Positions 1-8,104 of a stretch of 64,000 nucleotides of DNA are shown here, in pieces. Position numbers and translations under genes: made by a program. The stretch spans positions 1-64,000 of the forward strand of contig OZ025742.1 of NCBI GenBank assembly GCA_964019335.1. Reading direction: 5' to 3'. The notes below the pieces were generated by a model that did not search any database, was not told the DNA's origin, and worked only from the letters and a program-made list of their open reading frames with translations. Origin of the DNA: Diplonema japonicum (Eukaryota > Protista > Euglenozoa: Diplonemea). Position 1 is the stretch's first letter. Every line of letters begins with the position of its first letter.

Positions 1-621
1 CCGGCCCTGCAGAAACAGGTCAGTGCGCAAGGGGAGGCGGTGCTGAAGCAGGGGGAAGGACTGGCAGCCGTCCAGACCAGCATCCAACCCCTGCAGAAAC
101 AGGTAAGTGTGCAGGGGGAGGAGCTGCGGAAGCAGGGAGAGGGTCTGGCAGAGATCAGGACCAGCCTCCCGGCTCTGATGGAGCAGCTGAGGAGTCAACA
201 GGAGGCTCTGGAGAAAGGGGTGCGTGCCATGATGGCCAAGCAGGAGGAGCGGGACGCGAGGGACACCGCCAGAAGAACGGCCCTAAAGGCCAAAAAGGCC
301 CAAACCACCGCCACACCCACAGCCCCGACACCGTCCAAATTCATCGGACCGGAGCTGGAACCGAACACCCCACAGCAACACCAGCCATCCTCGGGCTCGG
401 AAACGGAGTTGGAAGACACTCCCGCCGGAGCAAAACCAGGAAGGCGCAGGGGCCAGGAATGGGCCTCTGCAAAGGTGTCGCTGAAGGCAGCGCCCTACGC
501 ACCAGGGGGCTCGAAGGGTTCGAAGGGGACAACCTCCTCCTCCACCTCGACATCGCCGACACCGAGCACACCGGACACAGCGAAGAAGTCCGGGAAAGGC
601 GGAAAATCAAAGAAGAGGTGA
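1..621 (+). CDS. Probable E1 ORF1, C-terminal part (28-aa coiled-coil repeats, basic low-complexity tail), partial
   Basis: Frame open from base 1; 84-nt repeat LQKQVSxQGE..KQGEGLA; layout resembles the ORF1 C-termini of E2-E4. Confidence 0.65.
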   Translation, partial: PALQKQVSAQGEAVLKQGEGLAAVQTSIQPLQKQVSVQGEELRKQGEGLAEIRTSLPALMEQLRSQQEALEKGVRAMMAKQEERDARDTARRTALKAKKAQTTATPTAPTPSKFIGPELEPNTPQQHQPSSGSETELEDTPAGAKPGRRRGQEWASAKVSLKAAPYAPGGSKGSKGTTSSSTSTSPTPSTPDTAKKSGKGGKSKKR

Positions 622-903
622 AAAAGGTGATAAGTTTTTTCCATTTTACCATAATAGATAAGAAAGAAAAAAAAAAGAAAAAAGAAAGTGTTTCCCTATT
701 AAGCCCCCAACCCCCCAATTCGTCTACAAAAAAAAAAAATAATAAAAAAAAAAAAAAAAAAAAAAAACCATAAAAAAAAAAACAAAAACAAAAAAAAAAA
801 CATAAAGAAAATAAAAGAACAAGAGAAAAAAAAAAAAACAACAAAAAAAAAATATAAAAATAAAAAAAAAATAATACACGACGACGACGACGACGACGAC
901 AAC

Positions 904-1140
904 GGGTCACAGCAATGTCATCTCTCTGCGCGAAGGAAGCTCGTACGACTTGGCTACAACTCGCGGCTAAATCCTGGCCGGCCCCGCACGTATAGGGGTG
1001 TCCAAACGGGACAAGGCGTTAGTGGTGGCGACGTAAGGTCTGTTAGGGCCGGCCCCCCCCAAGTCGTACAACCCTATCTTCGAAGACCTGAAGGTAGGGG
1101 TGACCACAAAGGCAGAGTGACATACATGCTGAAACGACCC
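904..1140 (+). promoter_or_regulatory. Nested multi-helix RNA structure upstream of E1 ORF2 (candidate IRES or recoding element)
   Basis: Complementary pairs 943-953/1059-1069 (11 bp perfect), 976-984/1046-1054, 1072-1081/1090-1099, 904-929/1112-1140. Confidence 0.6.
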
Positions 1141-4100
1141 TCGACCACACCGAGAAAGATGCGCAAAGGTTGCGGACCACATGATATGGACATCTTGGCG
1201 TGCGGTGACGTCGAGCAGAACCCGGGGCCAGCCGCGAAAGACGGATGGCTGAAGATAGTCTCGCTGAACGTGAGGTCCCTCAGAGCTAGGAAGGCCGAAA
1301 TCGAGAAGGCTATCGAAGAAACAGCGCCGGACATCCTGTGTCTCCAAGAGACACACCTAACATCAGACGATGCGATCCACGGCTGGTTCGAAGGGTACAG
1401 AGCTTTCCGAAGAGACAGGACGCGACCGAGAAGGAGGAATTTCCCCATAAAAGGGGGCGGCTTACTGACTCTCGTGAAAGAAGGCATCAACGCTAGCGGT
1501 GTCGAAAGGAAGGAGAAGAAAAATGACGTGACGGAAAGACTGGACGTCAAAATATACCCGCCAGGTCAAAAGGAGATCCTCCTGGTGAACATCTACCTTC
1601 CACCAACATCGCCGTCAGATCCGAGCGATGACAGACCGAGCATCGACACCTACTTCAACCCGAACACACTCCCGACAGGGGACAGAACCTTAATCATGGG
1701 GGATTTCAACGCCCACCACCCTCTGTGGGACGGGAGAAGAAAGAAAGAGGACCTCATAGGTGACAAAGTCGCAAAGTGGATGATCGAGAAAGGGATGCGA
1801 CCCTGGAATGACAAAGCCACACCGACACTATTGAACACAAGAGGTTCCTTATCATCACCGGACCTGGTGATAAGCGGGCCAGACATGGACTCTAGATCCT
1901 GGACAACCCTCGATTCATGGGGGTCTGACCACATACCCATGTCCATCCGGATAAGAACGAAATACGAAACCGGACCAACCATTAAGAAATTCAGCTTCAA
2001 AAAAGCTGACTGGGAGGGGTACAGAAATCATCTGGAGTACACCCTGAGGCACCTGCAGAGAACAGGAGACCCGGTCAGGCTAAACAAGCAGTTCACTGAA
2101 GCAGTCAAGGAGGCCGCCAGGCTCTTCATCCCAAGAGGGGGAGCGAGAGGCGGGAAAGCGTGGTGGACTGAAGAGCTGACGCAACTGGTTGGAAGAAGAA
2201 ACGCTCTGAAGAAGGAGATTATGTCGGACATCGGCATCCCATCGATAGAACAATGCGAGAGGCTTGGTGAAATCAGCAGGCAAGTGCAGAAACAGATCGA
2301 TGAAGGGAAGAAAAGAGCGTGGGCCGACTACATGAAGGAGCTGTCTCAGAAAAAGGACTTGGGACACGCTTTCAGGACGATAAAAACGCTCGATGGCAGG
2401 AAGGACAAAGATCCAGTAGCACCACTAATGGCAGGCGGCAAGCTACACACATCGGCGAAGCAAAAAGCAGACGTCCTTGTGGAGCACTACGCAAAGGCTT
2501 TTGCACCCCACCTTAACAAGGACACAAAGAAGATGCTGGACGGTGAAAACAGGAAGTCCAAAGTGATCAAGGACTTGAGGGACAGGGTCACTTGCCCAGG
2601 GATAAGCATGGAGGAACTGAAGCACGCGCTGAGGCAGTTGAAGAAGGGGAAATCCCCGGGCCCAGACGGTGTCTACAACGAGATGCTGAAACACCTGGGG
2701 GGGACGGCCATGGACACATTACTCCATCTGTTCAATATGTCATGGGAGAAGGGAGTGGTACCATCAGACTGGAGGTTCACGCACATAATCCCACTTTACA
2801 AAGGAAAGGGCAAGTCAAGAAGTGATCCGGCATCGTACAGACCGATATCGCTAACCTCCAACATTTCAAAGACAATGGAGAGGATAGTAAAGATAAGGGT
2901 CGACTACCACCAAGACGTGGGAGATGTGAAGAGGGTGCACAAAATGCAGTCAGGTTTCAGGAAAGGGCGCTCCACAGAAGAGAACGTCCTGCAAGTGACC
3001 ACGAAACTGAACCGCATCAGAGACGATGAGTTCTGCGGCGGACTTTTGCTCTTCGACCTGAAAGGAGCCTTCGACACAGTGTGGCACAAGGGTCTAAATG
3101 CGAAAATGAGGAGTAATGGCTACCCGCAAAGAATTACGGACTGGGTGGCCGCTTTCCTAGACCAGAGGATCGCTGCCGTCAAGGTGAGTGGCGAAACAGG
3201 GAAGCACGAACACATAACGGGTGGGGTTCCACAGGGAACCATCCTTGCCCCAACCCTCTTCTCGATCTACATGGACGACCTCTCAGAGACGTTCGAAAAG
3301 GAGGGCATTGATGCCGTGATGTACGCAGACGACATTGCGGTGGTGCTGCACGAAAAAGACCTGGACAGCTTGAATGGAAAACTGATGAAGATCCTGAGGG
3401 TTGTGGAGAGCTGGTGCTCGAGAAACTCGATGGTGATCTCCAAGGGAAAGACAGAGTTCCTTCCCGTTGCTGGCATCTCCTATCCGCAGAGAACACTGAA
3501 GGGGAAGATCAGAGCAACTTTCAAGACCGGCGAAGAACTCGAGGTGGTCGAAAAAACAAAGCTGCTCGGAGTCACCTTCGAGGAGGACATGCTTTTCTCC
3601 GAACACTCCAGAGACGTCTTGGAAAGAGGTGAAAGCAGGGTCAGGCTGCTGAGCTGCCTTGCGGGAACGAGATGGGGTTGCAAGAAGGTGGTGTTGAGGG
3701 CTCTATACCTCACATATGTGCAACCAGTCTTCAGATACTGCTTGGGCGTGTACGGGTCATTTCTCCCGAGCGGGAGGAACACGCCCCACGAAGGCATCAA
3801 GAAGCTTCAATACAGGGCAGCGGTGAAGATCACAGGCTGCATCGCGTCATCAGAGACATTCGCGACACTGAACGAAGCGGGGCTGTGGACCCTGGATGCG
3901 CTGATCGAACACGACAGCCTGTTGCTCTACGAGTCACTGATGAGAAAAGTGGACACCGCCGCATACCAGGCGACTCAGCCTCTGGAGGATCTGACCAGGT
4001 ACGAGAAGCTCCTACCAAGGAGGACTTGGTCTGACAAACAGAGAGAGGCATCGAAAGCCTACAAACTCCCAGAGAGGACGGGCACACCTCACTCGGGCGC

Positions 4101-5109
4101 CGTCTTCATGAGGAGACTCGCGGTTGCACCCTGGCAAAGATTCGAGGGGCAACTCGTGCTCTCCCCCTTCCTAGACACGCAGGTGAAAAGGACGGACCCA
4201 AAAGAGGTCAGGAAAGAGGCAACAACGAACACCCTGAACAGGTTATGCGAGAAACACGGCCGGGCATTCTGCATGGTGTTCACAGACGGGTCCGTAAAGG
4301 ATGGGAAAAACGGAGGCTCGGCCGCCATCCTGCTGCACAACGGGTCCGATGCTGCCTACGGGATCAGCGGTGGACTGTATTCGACATCCTACAAATGCGA
4401 ACTCAGGGCCCTGAGGCTAGGGATCCGACTGGCGACAAGACTCTCAGAGAGGAAGCTTGCAAGCCAAGGGATGGTTCTGATATGCACAGATTCGCAGTCG
4501 GTGATACGGAAGATGTGCCAGGGACACATGTCGGCAGCCTCCAAAGATGACTTCGAACTCTGGCAGGAGGTCGCGAGCTTGACAGGCAGAGGCCACAAGC
4601 TAATCGTTCAATACGTCCCGAGTCACTGCGGGTACAAGTGGAACGAGAAGGCGGACCAGAAGGCAAAAGAGGCGAGCGAAAGACTGGCCCACACCCGTGA
4701 GACAGACATTGAGGTGGTTAAAACTCTGGTGAGGAAGCATGTCATCAGAAGCCACCTCCGCCTATGGAAGGATACTGGCGTCACAAAGACGTACAGGGAG
4801 CAGTTTGCCGGAAGTTACGAGAAGTTCGAGGAGCTGGACAGAAAGAAAGAAGTGGCGATCATGAGGCTGAGGGTGGGGAAGAGCCCACTCACTTGCGGAT
4901 ACCTACTCATACCCCCAGTCGAGGAGGTCCCGTGCCATCTATGTTCGCAACCCCAGACTCTAAGCCACCTCCTACGGGAATGCCAAGACGGAAAGAGGAT
5001 CGACCAAAGGAGTCAGATCTTCGGTAGCTCCCTTCCTTCCCTCAAAGTCCTCCTGTCCACCGACGCCTGTAAGACCGCCCAGCTCTTGGAGCGGCAGGGA
5101 ACATTGTGA
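1126..5109 (+). CDS. E1 ORF2: 2A peptide + APE endonuclease + reverse transcriptase + RNase H + CCHC knuckle (intact; frame open from 703)
   Basis: DILACGDVEQNPGP; SLNV, LQETHL, GDFNAHH, SDH; PGPDG, YRPISL, GVPQG, YADD; FTDGS, TDSQS, SHCG..NEKAD; CHLC..HLLREC. Confidence 0.95.
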   Translation: MLKRPSTTPRKMRKGCGPHDMDILACGDVEQNPGPAAKDGWLKIVSLNVRSLRARKAEIEKAIEETAPDILCLQETHLTSDDAIHGWFEGYRAFRRDRTRPRRRNFPIKGGGLLTLVKEGINASGVERKEKKNDVTERLDVKIYPPGQKEILLVNIYLPPTSPSDPSDDRPSIDTYFNPNTLPTGDRTLIMGDFNAHHPLWDGRRKKEDLIGDKVAKWMIEKGMRPWNDKATPTLLNTRGSLSSPDLVISGPDMDSRSWTTLDSWGSDHIPMSIRIRTKYETGPTIKKFSFKKADWEGYRNHLEYTLRHLQRTGDPVRLNKQFTEAVKEAARLFIPRGGARGGKAWWTEELTQLVGRRNALKKEIMSDIGIPSIEQCERLGEISRQVQKQIDEGKKRAWADYMKELSQKKDLGHAFRTIKTLDGRKDKDPVAPLMAGGKLHTSAKQKADVLVEHYAKAFAPHLNKDTKKMLDGENRKSKVIKDLRDRVTCPGISMEELKHALRQLKKGKSPGPDGVYNEMLKHLGGTAMDTLLHLFNMSWEKGVVPSDWRFTHIIPLYKGKGKSRSDPASYRPISLTSNISKTMERIVKIRVDYHQDVGDVKRVHKMQSGFRKGRSTEENVLQVTTKLNRIRDDEFCGGLLLFDLKGAFDTVWHKGLNAKMRSNGYPQRITDWVAAFLDQRIAAVKVSGETGKHEHITGGVPQGTILAPTLFSIYMDDLSETFEKEGIDAVMYADDIAVVLHEKDLDSLNGKLMKILRVVESWCSRNSMVISKGKTEFLPVAGISYPQRTLKGKIRATFKTGEELEVVEKTKLLGVTFEEDMLFSEHSRDVLERGESRVRLLSCLAGTRWGCKKVVLRALYLTYVQPVFRYCLGVYGSFLPSGRNTPHEGIKKLQYRAAVKITGCIASSETFATLNEAGLWTLDALIEHDSLLLYESLMRKVDTAAYQATQPLEDLTRYEKLLPRRTWSDKQREASKAYKLPERTGTPHSGAVFMRRLAVAPWQRFEGQLVLSPFLDTQVKRTDPKEVRKEATTNTLNRLCEKHGRAFCMVFTDGSVKDGKNGGSAAILLHNGSDAAYGISGGLYSTSYKCELRALRLGIRLATRLSERKLASQGMVLICTDSQSVIRKMCQGHMSAASKDDFELWQEVASLTGRGHKLIVQYVPSHCGYKWNEKADQKAKEASERLAHTRETDIEVVKTLVRKHVIRSHLRLWKDTGVTKTYREQFAGSYEKFEELDRKKEVAIMRLRVGKSPLTCGYLLIPPVEEVPCHLCSQPQTLSHLLRECQDGKRIDQRSQIFGSSLPSLKVLLSTDACKTAQLLERQGTL
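1168..1230 (+). other. Canonical 2A (StopGo) motif GDVEQNPG/P
   Basis: Exact D(V/I)ExNPGP consensus directly before the APE domain. Confidence 0.9.
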
Positions 5110-5316
5110 AAAAACTTATAAATTATAATATGTTATACTCTCCAAACATTGAGGTCTGAAGTTGTTAAACGACTTCAGACAGCAATTGTTTCTAACTCAA
5201 TCTCTCGACTCTGGCTTCACTCCTATCCTTTCTTTTCACCTCCCTCCCCAGTGTCTTCCCTTATTTTCCATTACCAGGCCCCTGTCCCCCGCCCCCAGTG
5301 TTATTCAAATTTTTCA

Positions 5317-7963
5317 CGTAACGTAGAGAGACCGCAGAGTGTCCCTCTTGCTGCCCCAGGACGTGCCAGACAAGAGCTTCAGCACCCTCAGCCTTTTGCT
5401 GGCCCGCCGTAGGATGTCCTGTGCGTGTTCACCGAACGTGAGCCCAGAGTCCACCGTTACCCCAAGGTACCTCGCGTGTTCAGACAGAGGCAGGGGACGG
5501 GCCGCAACGTAGTCCACGTCGGGCCGTCGCACGGCTGCATGCATGTCCCGCACGCAGCGGATCCGCACACCACCCGCCTCCACAACCTGAAGGCCCGCCA
5601 GCTCCTGGTCCCCGGAGATCGTGCCATCGGCGTTCACCCCCAGGCCGAAGAGTGGGTTCTGGAAGGCACCTGGCTGAAGGGGGACTCGTGACGAAGTGAA
5701 GTAGACCCCGAGACGTTTCTGGGGGGGGACGCAGACTGCCTGCGTCTTGGACGTGCTCAGCAGCATGTCACGCTCCCTGCACCAGTCCTCAACCGCATCC
5801 ACCACTGCCTGCGCCTTCCGCTCCAGCCCAGCCACGTCCCCTTGTCCAGAGGAGATCACAACCGCCACGTCGTCGGCGTAGAGCACCGAGACGTCCGCCA
5901 GTCCCTCCAGTCTCCTGGCGAGTTCGTCGACGTAGATGGTGTACAGGATGGGACCCAAGACAGAGCCCTGGGGGACACCCCGTCGCACCTTCGTCGTCGA
6001 CCCCCTCGACCGTCCAATCGTGACCGCAGCAGTACGGCCGCATAGAAAGGACCGCGTCCACTCCACGAAGGGTTCGGGGAGACCCTTCCCTCGCATCTTG
6101 TCCAGCAGGGCACCATGGGGCACCAGGTCGAAGGCAGAAGAGAAGTCGAACAGCAGAGCGGCCGAGAGACGTCGATCGTCTTTGTTCCTCGACATGCACT
6201 CAGTGAGGGTTGCCACCTGCTCCTCCGTGGAGCGGCCGCGTCTGAAACCAGCCTGGCTGTCGTGGAGTCCCTCGACTCCCGTCCCGTCCGCGTCAAGAAG
6301 AAACGTGAGCCTCTCCTCGATCATCCTCTCCAGCAGCTTGCAGAGGCAGCTGGTCAGGCAGATCGGCCGGTAGGAAGCCAAGAGAGTCGCATCTTTTCCA
6401 GGTTTCGGTACCGGGACGATCACTCCCTTCTTCCAGGCGCCGGGAACAACACCCATCAGCCAGGAGCGATTGAGGAGTAGAAGGAGGACAGGGAGTCCGA
6501 GTTCAGGTGTAGGAGCATCTCCGAGAAGATTCCGTCTTCCCCGGCCGCGCTGCGCGTCTTCATCCTTCTCAGGCCGCGGGTGAGGTCGTCCACGGTGAAC
6601 GCTTGACACCCGAGTCTGCTTGCAGAAGGAGCGGCGTCCTTCGAGTTCCCGTCACCACGCCTGCCGTAGAGCTTAGCGAAGTGCGCCCCCAGCCGGTCGG
6701 CCTTCGCCTTGTCCGACACAAATCTTCCCTCGAGTACAGGAAGGTGTGTCTTTCGGTGCCTGCCGTCCAGCTTCTTCACCGCTCTGAACGCAGCCCCGAG
6801 GTCCTTGCTCCGGCTGAGGTCGGCCGCCATCCTTCCCCATGCCTCACGCTTCGTCTCGTCAAGAAGTCGGTTGACTTCTTTCACCTTCGCCCTGTACTCC
6901 TCCACCACGTCCGCCTCTTGAAGCAGGAGTTCGCGCAGGGTGTTCCGCTCTTCGAAGGCGTCCTCGAGCTCAGCAGTCCACCAGGGGGTCGGGCCACGTC
7001 GCATCCCACAGAGGGGAATGTGGTCGTTCGCCGCAGTCAAAAGGGCTTGTGTAAACCCCTTCGTGACAGAGTCAATCGGAGCCGCCGTGTCAACACCAGC
7101 AAGCAGGCGGGCAACAGCAGCAGTGTAGTCGTCCCACCTGGCTTTTTTGAAATTCCAGGTGGGGAAGGGGCGCTCCGAACGGTAGACGTCCTCAAGAGGC
7201 AGGTGAAAGGATACGGGACTATGATCGGAGCCCCACGTGCCCAGCGTCTTCGGCTCAAGCTTCGCGCAGCGCCCCACAACCAGGTCCAGAACGTGTCGTG
7301 ACGAGTCCCTCGTCGGTTCGTTGCGGTCGTTGTAGACGGAGTACCCGTGGGTGTCCAGCCAGTCCCTGACCACGTTCCCCCTCTCGTTCGGCGTCGTCAC
7401 CGTGGCGTCCCAGGAGCTGTGGTGAGCCAGTCACCCGCTATGACTGTGTTCTTCCCCATGGGAAGGCTGCCAGGCCGCAGGTACTCAGGGTCCCTCGTGC
7501 CTCTGCCCGCGCTTACCGGTGTAAGGTAAACGTTGGAGAGAGTGATCGGCTCACGCTTCTCGCAGGAGATCCTCACATCCAGTCTCTCAGTGACACAGTC
7601 CCCAGCCGGGAGTACGTGCGGAACCTCCTCCGAGGCAAGATCGTCGCGGACATACGTGACAATACCACCACCCCTCGTCGCAGTGCCGTCAGTCACCGGT
7701 GTCAACCGATCCCTCCTGTATGACCTGTACCCAGGCAGGTGTGGCGTGTCGTGCCCTTCCCTCAGGTGCGTCTCCTGTATCATGATGATGTCCAGCGACA
7801 AGAAGTCAGCATGGCGAGATACGACGGTCCATTTCGCAACGAGGCCGTTGCAGTTCCACGAGACAACCTTGAGACCCTTAGGCGACGGGGGCGGCAGCTT
7901 CTTGGGTGGGCCAGGGTTTGTTTCGACCAGCCCAAGCAGCCCCAGCAGGTCCCTGACGGACAT
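5317..7963 (-). pseudogene. E2 ORF2 (2A-like, APE, RT) with frameshifts at ~7428 and ~6495, truncated before RNase H
   Basis: ORFs 7397-7963, 6456-7400 and 5314-6609 align consecutively to E3 ORF2; GDFNAHH motif broken by a small deletion. Confidence 0.9.
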
Positions 7964-8104
7964 CCTCCCGAGTAGGGTGGGGATCAGTGCAGAAAAGTCG
8001 GTGAAGAAACAGAGAGGTAGGAGTCTCCTGGGGAGGATGCGAGGGAGACTAGGAGAGGGAGCATGGTCGTAGATCTGCTGCTCCCCCTGTTCTGCGGGGC
8101 CCCT
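7907..8104 (-). other. In-frame post-UGA linker + 2A-like motif (LLGLVETNPG/P) of E2
   Basis: 47 sense codons after the ORF1 TGA run in frame into MSVRDLLGLLGLVETNPGP. Confidence 0.8.

Larger units (their letters stand above)
1..5314 (+). mobile_element. E1: Ingi/I-group-like non-LTR retrotransposon (ORF1 3' part, A-rich/structured spacer, 2A, APE-RT-RNaseH-CCHC ORF2, 3'UTR); 5' end outside window
   Basis: ORF2 domain motifs; 3'UTR hairpin gtctgaagttgt-taa-acgacttcagac (~5153-5180); terminal motif ttaccag..cctgtcccc plus T-run shared with E3. Confidence 0.9.

Noticed and set aside
341-910. Phe- or Lys-rich ORFs across homopolymer tracts (also 44.2-45.3 kb, 49.4-50.8 kb, 58.5 kb)
   Set aside because: Artefacts of poly-A/poly-T intergenic sequence
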